From the NCBI GenBank assembly GCA_963705805.1, contig CAVPKW010000006.1, positions 629,518-693,517 of the forward strand: 64,000 nucleotides of DNA. The letters run 5' to 3'. Below are positions 56,371 through 64,000 of this stretch, piece by piece. Each line of letters opens with the position of its first letter. The stretch's first letter is position 1. Source of the DNA: an uncultured Acidobacteriaceae bacterium (GTDB taxonomy: Bacteria; Acidobacteriota; Terriglobia; Bryobacterales; Bryobacteraceae). Below the pieces are notes generated by a model. The model saw nothing but the letters and a program-made list of their open reading frames with translations. It was not told where the DNA came from and ran no database searches. A program made the position numbers and the translations under genes.

Positions 56371-57477
56371 TTAGGCTGCCAGAAATGCTCGGCCGAAATG
56401 CAGAAGCTGCCAAGACCACAAATCAAAGAAGGAGGAAGCTCCTACGTGAACCGCAAGCAGCGATTCGAAAACTTCAGGATATTGCGCCAAGGCAGCTAGA
56501 GCCCGCCTTTGGAACCGTCCGCTGCGCGCCAATGTCAACATGAGTGAAGCCATCGTTTGTGGGCGTTTCATCAGCTTCTTATGAAGGCGCTCATATTCCC
56601 GAAGATCGCCGCGCTTCAGGGCCGCGGCCAGCGCGAGCGCCTGCCGGAAGCCCAGGCATATGCCTTCGCCGGTGATTGCATCAACGGAACCCGAAGCATC
56701 GCCGACCAACACCACGTTGTTGCGTTGCACGGATCGCAGCGTGCGTGATAGCGAAAGCGCGCCCATTTCCGGCGAAACCGGCTCTGCCCCGCGTAGTCGG
56801 CGGCTCAGTTCAGGGAAGTCGCGCAACGCTTGCTCCAAGCGCGATTTGGGATCGCGCGAAGCGGTCACAACGCAAATCTCGTCCGGCGCGATGGGCGTGA
56901 TATATATCTGCGATCTCTTTCCCCAGTGAAATTCCGTGTAAGAAGACCACGGCGCAATCCGGTAATGACGGCGAAATGCGTAGCGCCGCTTCTCGCGCGT
57001 AACCTGCTCCAGCGCCGCCTGCCGCCTGATTAGCGAATTCTGCCCATCAGCCCCAACCACGAGGCCGGCCGCGATGAATCGTTCATCCACCCATACTCCG
57101 CCTTCACCAAGCCGGACGTGCTTTGCATTCCAGACGATCGAAACACCCTGTGCAGCGGCATGCCGGATCAGAAGTTCGTGAAGCACGGTTCGCCGCAGAC
57201 CCTTCGCCATTCCGTTCGGAAAATCGGCGCAAACCATGGACCGCGCATCGCTAAAACGAATCCCGCGGAATTCGAATCCCGCATCTGAGGGAATTTCAAT
57301 GCCCAGTTCGCCTAATATCGCGATGCTATCCGGCATGAGACCTTCGCCGCATGCCTTATCGGTGGGAGGAACAGCGCAATCGACGACTGTGACATCGTAG
57401 TTTTCGCGGCTGAGCACAACCGCCGCGGCCAGGCCAGCCGGTCCGCCCCCCACCACGCATACCTTTCGTTTAAACAT
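56371..57477 (-). CDS. FAD-dependent oxidoreductase (geranylgeranyl-reductase-like)
   Basis: VCVVGGGPAGLAAAVVLSRENYDVTVVD Rossmann motif and VVLVGDASGSVDAITGEG. Confidence 0.8.
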   Translation of the reverse strand: MFKRKVCVVGGGPAGLAAAVVLSRENYDVTVVDCAVPPTDKACGEGLMPDSIAILGELGIEIPSDAGFEFRGIRFSDARSMVCADFPNGMAKGLRRTVLHELLIRHAAAQGVSIVWNAKHVRLGEGGVWVDERFIAAGLVVGADGQNSLIRRQAALEQVTREKRRYAFRRHYRIAPWSSYTEFHWGKRSQIYITPIAPDEICVVTASRDPKSRLEQALRDFPELSRRLRGAEPVSPEMGALSLSRTLRSVQRNNVVLVGDASGSVDAITGEGICLGFRQALALAAALKRGDLREYERLHKKLMKRPQTMASLMLTLARSGRFQRRALAALAQYPEVFESLLAVHVGASSFFDLWSWQLLHFGRAFLAA

Positions 57478-57617
57478 TCACCACTCGTCTGGCCAATCCT
57501 AACGCTTCAAACATCAAGCGGGAAACTGAAATCGCGCGAGAGTCAGTCAACACCAAAGACCTGGAGGCCAGCGAGCGCCATTCCGCGGAAGTACGGCAAT
57601 CTGTAGAGAGCGTCTCT

Positions 57618-58388
57618 GTGGATTCCGTAGCGCAAAAGATTACTGCGCTCAACAGCGAGGTCTCACGTACACTGTTCGATCTAACGGACAAACTGACTGC
57701 GCAAGTCGATCTGCTGGCGCGCGTGCGCGAAGCCGTGGAACTCGAGCGAAAGGATTTGGAACGGCTCCACAAAATCGATATAGCAGCCGTCTCCGTCGAC
57801 CAGCTCGTCCAGGACTATGGGCGCGAGCGTGAGCGGCTGGAAACCGAAATACAAGCGCGCCGGGCCGAGTGGGAGCACGAAACACGCACCACTGAGCGCG
57901 AGCGCAAGGAGGCGGAAGAGGCGTTTCGGAAACAACGCCAGCGCGAGGGTGAGGAATACGAATACAAGAAGCTGCTAGAGCGCAAGAAGACGCAGGATCG
58001 CTACGAAGAGGAATTGCGTCTCCTCGAAAAAAAGAATCAGGAGCAGCAACAGGAGCTGGACCGCAATTGGGCCGAGCGCGAAGACGGTTTGAAAGAGCGC
58101 GAAGAAGAGCTCGTGAAATTGCGCCAGCAAGTGGAGGAGCTGCCAAAACGCATAGCCGCTGAAAAAGAGGCAGCACTTGCCGAGGCCAGCCGGCAGGCAG
58201 CCGCGAACTATGAACAGCGGATTATGATTCTGCAGAAAGATGCCGAGGCCGAGCAGAAGGTCGCAGCGCTTCAGGTCGCCACGCTGCAGGAAAGTGTCAA
58301 GCGCCAGACCGAGCACATTGCAGCTCTCGAAAAAGCTCTGGACGAGGCCAAGCGCCAAGTACAGGACATTGCCCCTGAAGGCAATTGA
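57618..58388 (+). CDS. charged coiled-coil protein, unknown function
   Basis: 256 aa, E/R/K/Q-rich heptad-like sequence. The GTG start is uncertain because the frame is open back to 57474 without a canonical start. Confidence 0.5.
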   Translation: MDSVAQKITALNSEVSRTLFDLTDKLTAQVDLLARVREAVELERKDLERLHKIDIAAVSVDQLVQDYGRERERLETEIQARRAEWEHETRTTERERKEAEEAFRKQRQREGEEYEYKKLLERKKTQDRYEEELRLLEKKNQEQQQELDRNWAEREDGLKEREEELVKLRQQVEELPKRIAAEKEAALAEASRQAAANYEQRIMILQKDAEAEQKVAALQVATLQESVKRQTEHIAALEKALDEAKRQVQDIAPEGN

Positions 58389-58745
58389 GGGCGCTTCAGG
58401 ATCCAGAGCTCTCGCTCATGTGAATCAAATTGCGATGGAACAGGCGAAGGGGCGTCCGCAAGGATAAGCCGCGCCCGATTCTGAATCTCAGCGCGCCAGG
58501 GATGTATCGTTAACAGCTTGCCAAGGTAATCTGCGTTCCTACGGCGTGATGGTCCATCCTTGTGGCAAGCGCGTCTGCCCCATGAGGGTCACGCTGCTTC
58601 CCAGCAACGCGAGCATAAGAACCCGGAAAGGATTGGCGGCCGGCACGCTCAAAGTGTGAACCAAGGTCGCCGCGACTAGATTCCCGCGAAGTAAAGCTTT
58701 TGTAAAACCCGCCTGGCGCCGGTCACCTGTCGTTTTACAGATTAG

Positions 58746-59783
58746 TTGCGATTCCTTTGCATCTTGCATGCGATTTCGAAGATATTCTCGCTACTGATGC
58801 TAGTCTCCGGACAAACAGAGGTGTCGGATCCTTTAGGAGCTTTTACCCAGCTCCCCCTGCACCACGTGCTGTATCCACATGGCTTTCCGGTGCACGTCAA
58901 GTCAAACGATCCTGCGGTAATAAGAGCGGCCGAATTGAGTTGGGGCGGCCACCAGCATCGTCTCAGCGAAGCGCCCATCGAACTACGGTTCGTCGTTTCG
59001 GATTCTTCTACACGCCGCAAACCGCCCTCGCCTGTTTTTCGCGCGCAGGCAAACCTGCTTGCCATCATTGCCGACCGGCAAAACTTCGCATGCTGCGATT
59101 TATCCGCTGGCTTTGGATTCGCGTGCTTGAGTAAAGGCGCCGTTCTTCATTCGGACTACCTTCGTTACCAATTTCTGGAGGCGATGGCGTATACGCTGCT
59201 GGATACCCAACACGTGGTTGCCCTACATGCAGCGTGCTTGCAGTTCGAAGGGCACGGAGTGTTGTTCGTCGGAGAATCCGGCGCCGGAAAATCGTCGCTT
59301 GCTTACGCCTGCGCAATGCGCGGATGGACGTACGTCTCAGATGATGCAAGCTCATTGATCCGCCGAAAGAAGAGCCGAACCGTTGTTGGTAACCCTCGCA
59401 CGTTTCGGTTTCGTCCTACAGCCTCTTCGCTCTTTCCGGAGCTGCACGCCCCCGTAAAGGTCAGGAATGGAAAGCCGACGATTGAAATTCGAACCGAGAC
59501 TCTTCGACACGTACAGGTAGCCCATCAGGCCACTATCGACCACGTTATCTTTCTAAATCGCCTGACCTTGGAACGCAGCCAGGCGCGCCTTGCCCGTGTT
59601 CCTTGGGAGGACTCTTTCCGGCGTCTCTGTCCTAGCCCCTTTCCGCCTGAATTGTCCATTCACGAAGAACGGATGGCAGCGATGGAATGCCTGCTGGCGG
59701 CCCAAGCCTACGAGCTCACTTACAAGGAATTCGATCCCGCTATAGAACTTTTGGAACATACTCTCCGCACAGGTAATTTATGA
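58746..59783 (+). CDS. HPr kinase/phosphorylase C-terminal-domain-like P-loop kinase (HprK-related)
   Basis: LHAACLQFEGHGVLFVGESGAGKSSLAYACAMRGWTYVSDD matches the HprK-type Walker A context. The likely start is the ATG at 58797. Confidence 0.7.
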   Translation: MRFLCILHAISKIFSLLMLVSGQTEVSDPLGAFTQLPLHHVLYPHGFPVHVKSNDPAVIRAAELSWGGHQHRLSEAPIELRFVVSDSSTRRKPPSPVFRAQANLLAIIADRQNFACCDLSAGFGFACLSKGAVLHSDYLRYQFLEAMAYTLLDTQHVVALHAACLQFEGHGVLFVGESGAGKSSLAYACAMRGWTYVSDDASSLIRRKKSRTVVGNPRTFRFRPTASSLFPELHAPVKVRNGKPTIEIRTETLRHVQVAHQATIDHVIFLNRLTLERSQARLARVPWEDSFRRLCPSPFPPELSIHEERMAAMECLLAAQAYELTYKEFDPAIELLEHTLRTGNL

Positions 59784-62700
59784 AATTTGTAGTTTTCTTT
59801 TTGGCGTGTTCTTCACTCCTTTTTTCACAGGTGTCGTCCGGAACGTTTTATGGGCAGGCCTTCGATCGCTCGGGGGCGCTCGTGCCTGACGTGCAGATTG
59901 TGCTGCAGCAGGAGAAGACTGGCTTCCGGCGCACGACCGCAACAGACAGTAGCGGCGTTTATAGAATTCCTGACGTCGAGCCGGGAGTTTACTCCATCAC
60001 TGGCCAAAAGAACGGCTTCCGTGCTTTCGCCGCATCCCATTTGATCCTTGAAATCAATCAAAACGCCAAAGTTGATTTGCATCTCGATATAGGCCCAGTG
60101 CATGACTCCATCAAAGTAGTTGGTTCGGTTTCTCCCCTTGAGACAGACGACAGCTCGGCGGGATATCGCTTCGACTCTGCCACGGTGACTGAGCTCCCTT
60201 CAGACGGCCGAAATATCTTGTCGCTCGTTACGGTCGGCCCGGGAGCGATTCCCCGTCAGCTGGGAGGCTTCACGCACGACAGCGATAACGACGTGCAGGA
60301 GAGCTCGCGCGGATCGGTCGCGCTAAATCCGCCCATAAATGGCGCGCGCCCGTCGATGAACGCGTACCTTGTTGATGGCGCCTATGATACGGATCGAAAT
60401 ACCTTCGCCAGCGTCGTCATCCCACCGCTGGATTCCGTTCAGGAGTTTCGTGTAACGTCATCTCTTGCGAGCCCTGAATTTTCGCAGGCAGCGGGCGGAG
60501 TGATTGACATTGCGACGAAGTCCGGATCTCAGCAAATGCACGGAAGCGCTTTTGAATTCCTGCGGAATGAAGCGACCGACGCTCACAACTACTTCGATGA
60601 CCCGACACTCCCACGGCCAATTTTTCGGCGCAATCAATTTGGGGGTAGTCTCGGAGGCCATCTCCCGCTCCCATCCACTTTCTTCTTCGTTTCGTATGAG
60701 GGTCTTCGGTCAACATCTGCTTCGCCTTCCGTTCAATTGGTTCCGGATGCGGCATTTAGATCGGGAAACTTCCAGGGGGGCAGCAACATTATCTACGATC
60801 CGCTGACTCTCGACGCTAACGGTAACCGGGTGCCCTTTCCGAATAACATGATTCCGGCGGCCCGTATCGACCCGATCGCAGGCAAATACCTGGGGCAGTA
60901 TGAACCGCTTCCAAATCGGTCGCCCGGATCCGACGGTAACTACCTGGATTCCACGCCCAGCATCAGCAATTACAACAGTGTTTCCGGTCGTATCGATCAC
61001 CAATTTCGTAGCGCTGGGTTACTTTTTGGCCGCTATACGCTCAACAATGAAGACGGTGATCTTGCGGGAAACTTTCCCCTTTTGCCAACCACGGAGCTGC
61101 TTCGAGCGCAGCAGATCGTACTCGGCGAAACCTTTGCAAAGACAGACTGGACCAACGAGTTTCGAGTATCATTCACTCGTCTCCGGTTGTTTGACGCCCC
61201 AGCCAGCGCCTTCAGCCAGAACGTGGCAGCTGCCCTCGGCCTGAGCAATCCGCCTACTAATCCGTTTGCATTTGGACTGCCTTATTTTTTTGTAACTGAC
61301 TTTTCCACAGTTACCGATGACCCTACCTTGCCGCAGATTCAGCGGGACAACACGTTATATTTTTCTGACGCGTCTACATTCGTTCATGGCCGTCATACCT
61401 GGACGATTGGTGGCGATTACAGCATCTTCGATTTCAACTATCAGCAAAGTAATCTCATCCGCGGGAAATACACTTACACGGGGGCGTTTACATCAAGTTC
61501 TGTCGACCAAACCGGGGGCGACGGGCTTGCTGACTTTCTTCTGGGGTTCCCCGTAACGACAGAACGGACGGTTGGTTCGCCGTTAGCCTATCTTCGTCAA
61601 GTTGAATATGCTGCCTTCGTTCAAGACAGCTGGCAGGCGACGCGCCGCTTGTCAGTCAATTGGGGCCTACGGTATGAATATGATTCGCCATTTACCGACT
61701 CCCAAAACCAGCTATTGAATCTTGGCTATTCTACCCTCCCGTCTGAGCCGCGCCTGGTAAACGTGCATAGCGCTTCAGATCCAAATCGCTTGAATTTCTC
61801 TCCGCGCGCCGGCCTGGCGTGGCGTTTGCCTGGAATCTTTTCTCGCGGCGGCGATACCGTGTTCCGCGCCGGCTACGGCGTCTACTTTAATCCGGAAATC
61901 GCTGACGAAGCGTACGATCTTGTCCTCAATGGAGTCGAGACACAGATGAATGAGACGAGCGGCACGGGGACTCCTATACTGACGACCCGAGATGGTTTTC
62001 CTTCCACGGCCACCACCGGTTTCCCCAGTTATTTTGGCTTAGACCAGCATGCGCCCACGCCCTATGTCCAGCAGTGGAATGCGGGATTCCAACGAGAACT
62101 TCCGGGACAAATCGTTCTCGAAGCCGGTTATGTCGCTAGCAAGGGTACAGACCTGGGGGTGTTTCGCCGCTTCAATACTGCTTTGCATACGGAAACCGGC
62201 GAGGACCTGAGCCCGAGGCCGGGAGACCTGCAAAGCCTTCGCACCTTCCCGGACCTCGGCACAATTTTCCAGCGGCAACATATCGGCAACTCTTCCTACC
62301 AATCCCTGCAAATTACCGCCAAGAAGCGTTTTGCATCGTCGTTGACCTTTTTAGCGAGCTATGTGTGGTCTAAATCGATCGATGACGCTGATAGTGTCAT
62401 CGTGGGGCAATATGACAGCGCCGGAGCGCAAGATGAGAATAACCTGCGGCTTGAGAGAGGGCTCTCCTTCTCAAACGTTCCGCGCAGGCTTAGCGCCGCG
62501 TTCGTTTATGTCCTGCCCGCCAGTCCCTTCTTTCGGCCTGTTTTGCGGAATTGGCAACTGAGCGGATTGCTTACATTTCAGGATGGTACTCCTCTTAATC
62601 CGTTCTATATTGCTACCGACATCGCGAATTCAGGCACGCCCAATCGGCCCAACATTGTTCCCGGACAAAGCATCAGCCTTCCAGCCAGCCAGCGCACGGT

Positions 62701-62995
62701 TAACGAATGGTTTAATACGGCGGCCTTTAGCACGCCGGCTCCTTACACGTTTGGCGATGCTGGACGGAACATCATTCCCGGACCCGGCAATGAAGTGATC
62801 GATATGGCCCTTGAACGCCGATTCTCGATTGCTGAGCGCGCCACGGTCGAGTTACGCGTAGAAGGGTTCAACATCCTCAACCACCCGAATTACGGTATTC
62901 CCGGGCCATATCCCGATCTCGGGCCTTTCTTTGGCAGAATCCTTTCAACAGGAGAACCGCGCCGGCTGCAATTCGGAACACGCTTTGATTTCTAA
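59780..62995 (+). CDS. TonB-dependent outer-membrane receptor with N-terminal carboxypeptidase-regulatory-like domain
   Basis: Signal peptide, CarboxypepD_reg-like VLQQEKTGFRRTTATDSSGVYRIPDVEPGVYSI, plug region, and C-terminal ...EPRRLQFGTRFDF ending in Phe. ATGA overlap with the upstream kinase. Confidence 0.85.
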   Translation: MKFVVFFLACSSLLFSQVSSGTFYGQAFDRSGALVPDVQIVLQQEKTGFRRTTATDSSGVYRIPDVEPGVYSITGQKNGFRAFAASHLILEINQNAKVDLHLDIGPVHDSIKVVGSVSPLETDDSSAGYRFDSATVTELPSDGRNILSLVTVGPGAIPRQLGGFTHDSDNDVQESSRGSVALNPPINGARPSMNAYLVDGAYDTDRNTFASVVIPPLDSVQEFRVTSSLASPEFSQAAGGVIDIATKSGSQQMHGSAFEFLRNEATDAHNYFDDPTLPRPIFRRNQFGGSLGGHLPLPSTFFFVSYEGLRSTSASPSVQLVPDAAFRSGNFQGGSNIIYDPLTLDANGNRVPFPNNMIPAARIDPIAGKYLGQYEPLPNRSPGSDGNYLDSTPSISNYNSVSGRIDHQFRSAGLLFGRYTLNNEDGDLAGNFPLLPTTELLRAQQIVLGETFAKTDWTNEFRVSFTRLRLFDAPASAFSQNVAAALGLSNPPTNPFAFGLPYFFVTDFSTVTDDPTLPQIQRDNTLYFSDASTFVHGRHTWTIGGDYSIFDFNYQQSNLIRGKYTYTGAFTSSSVDQTGGDGLADFLLGFPVTTERTVGSPLAYLRQVEYAAFVQDSWQATRRLSVNWGLRYEYDSPFTDSQNQLLNLGYSTLPSEPRLVNVHSASDPNRLNFSPRAGLAWRLPGIFSRGGDTVFRAGYGVYFNPEIADEAYDLVLNGVETQMNETSGTGTPILTTRDGFPSTATTGFPSYFGLDQHAPTPYVQQWNAGFQRELPGQIVLEAGYVASKGTDLGVFRRFNTALHTETGEDLSPRPGDLQSLRTFPDLGTIFQRQHIGNSSYQSLQITAKKRFASSLTFLASYVWSKSIDDADSVIVGQYDSAGAQDENNLRLERGLSFSNVPRRLSAAFVYVLPASPFFRPVLRNWQLSGLLTFQDGTPLNPFYIATDIANSGTPNRPNIVPGQSISLPASQRTVNEWFNTAAFSTPAPYTFGDAGRNIIPGPGNEVIDMALERRFSIAERATVELRVEGFNILNHPNYGIPGPYPDLGPFFGRILSTGEPRRLQFGTRFDF

Positions 62996-64000
62996 CCGGA
63001 TTCCCCGCTACGGGACAGCGCTTCTTGAAGCGCTTCAGTTCTCGAACCCAAACCATGACGCGCTTCGGATTCTCTCCGCGACGGAATGGGACCAGCTTCT
63101 GGCGTTATGCGACCAAACGCAGCTCACGCTAATGCTGGGCCACCTCTGTGGGCCGTCGCTTCCGGACTGCATTCGCGATCGGATTGAACGCAACAGTCTC
63201 GATAATGCGGCTCGCTTCGCGCGGCTTAAGTCCGCGGCATTCGAGATAGCGGAAGCGCTTTCCGCTCGCTCAATAGAGTTTGTCGTTCTCAAAGGATTTG
63301 CCCATTCTCCACTTTTTTCGCCTGACCCGCTGCTCCGCGTACAAGGCGACATTGATATCTGGTGCTTGCCTGAAAGCATTCTCGCTGCCAATGACGTTTT
63401 GACGGCGCTCGGATATCGTCCCATTGGCCATTCGAAAGGCCGGCACCTCCCGCCGATGGTGCGCGAGACAAATTGGAAATGGCGAGGGGACTATTTTGCC
63501 CAGGATCTGCCGATACCTGTGGACCTGCATTATCAGCTCTGGGATGAAACGATGGAAGGCATTCCCGGTCCGCGGGAAAGGGAAGTGTGGTCCAGGCAGT
63601 CTCAAACAGCATTCGGCGCAGGCCGCTGTGCTCCCGTGCTCGATTTGGCCGACACGCTCGCGTTTGCGGCACTGCATTTGCTGATGCATCTTCTACATGG
63701 AGACCTCAGGCTGCAAAGAGCGTGGGAAATCGCGTACTTTCTGAACGGACGACCGGAAGACGATCAGTTTTGGCTACGTTGGCACGGGCTTTACTCTTCA
63801 CAAGTCCGTGGATTGCAGGTCGTCGTTTTTTGTCTCGTGCACCGTTGGTTCAATTGCGGGCTGCCGAGTCTGATTACAGAGGGAGCGCGGGCACTCCCGG
63901 AAGATACGAAATTCTGGATGCACAAGTACGGCGTATCTCCCATCGAGTCCCTATTCGTCCCCAACAAGGACGAGTTATGGCTGAACATGTGCCTATTGAG
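62985..64000 (+). CDS. NTP_transf_5-type uncharacterised nucleotidyltransferase (partial, runs off the window)
   Basis: An open frame from about 62985 to the window end, absent from the ORF track. WDQLLALCDQTQLTLMLG..., VVLKGFAHSPLF.PDPLLRVQGDIDIWC and VDLHYQLW are the hallmark blocks of this family. The TTG start at 62985 is tentative. Confidence 0.65.
   Translation, partial: MISNRIPRYGTALLEALQFSNPNHDALRILSATEWDQLLALCDQTQLTLMLGHLCGPSLPDCIRDRIERNSLDNAARFARLKSAAFEIAEALSARSIEFVVLKGFAHSPLFSPDPLLRVQGDIDIWCLPESILAANDVLTALGYRPIGHSKGRHLPPMVRETNWKWRGDYFAQDLPIPVDLHYQLWDETMEGIPGPREREVWSRQSQTAFGAGRCAPVLDLADTLAFAALHLLMHLLHGDLRLQRAWEIAYFLNGRPEDDQFWLRWHGLYSSQVRGLQVVVFCLVHRWFNCGLPSLITEGARALPEDTKFWMHKYGVSPIESLFVPNKDELWLNMCLL

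Noticed and set aside
58361-58467. Frameshift at the C4 run 58372-58375 that would extend the coiled-coil protein to ...QDIALKAIEGASGSRALAHVNQIAMEQAKGRPQG
   Set aside because: The alternative frame is open and looks protein-like, but with only 26 extra codons and no homologue recognised I cannot distinguish it from chance. It needs read-level or comparative data.
58539-58769. The 76-aa minus-strand ORF and short plus-strand ORFs upstream of the HprK-like kinase as candidate RiPP or lasso precursor peptides
   Set aside because: There is no Shine-Dalgarno context, no leader/core features (no conserved Thr at -2, no Gly1/Asp-Glu 7-9 pattern, no C-terminal Ser tail), and the 76-aa ORF is on the wrong strand. 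Nothing supports a precursor here.

Overview
GC-rich chromosomal segment of about 55 genes. The gene content suggests an Acidobacteria-like soil bacterium: an ADOP-type duplicated orphan FtsX permease, a CarboxypepD_reg-type TonB-dependent receptor, hopanoid hpnH, a PD40-fused Ser/Thr kinase and a group 1h hydrogenase. This taxon call is inference only. I found no rRNA, tRNA or CRISPR array. Gene order: divergent ispH/hpnH pair; M16 peptidase; an intact IS1182/IS5-type insertion sequence with a block of truncated gene remnants beside it; an SBP56 (methanethiol-oxidase family) operon; a 1145-aa secreted protein with two different beta-propellers; rsgA, MerR, SIMPL, galM and SDR genes; a LytTR two-component pair whose kinase is frameshifted in a C7 tract; a methylmalonyl-CoA-mutase-like gene; a Ser/Thr kinase; a complete ~12 kb group 1h (high-affinity type) [NiFe]-hydrogenase locus (hypFCDE, hhySL, four conserved unknown genes, protease, a 34-aa micro-ORF, hypAB); ADOP permease; OmpA-family protein; glycoside hydrolase; membrane-fused spermidine-synthase-like protein; wecB; infA; YceI; FAD oxidoreductase; and at the window edge a translationally coupled HprK-like kinase / TonB-dependent receptor / NTP_transf_5 nucleotidyltransferase set. 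The most unusual sequence-level observation is a ~117-nt intergenic element rich in GTTTC/GAAAC. It occurs twice, in the same orientation upstream of two unrelated genes (the M16 peptidase and the hydrogenase small subunit). One copy is split precisely by the IS, with a 9-10 bp target duplication. The hydrogenase-linked unknown genes and micro-ORF, and the kinase/receptor/nucleotidyltransferase set that runs off the window, are the best candidates for under-described biology. All family assignments come from motif recognition by eye; no searches were run.
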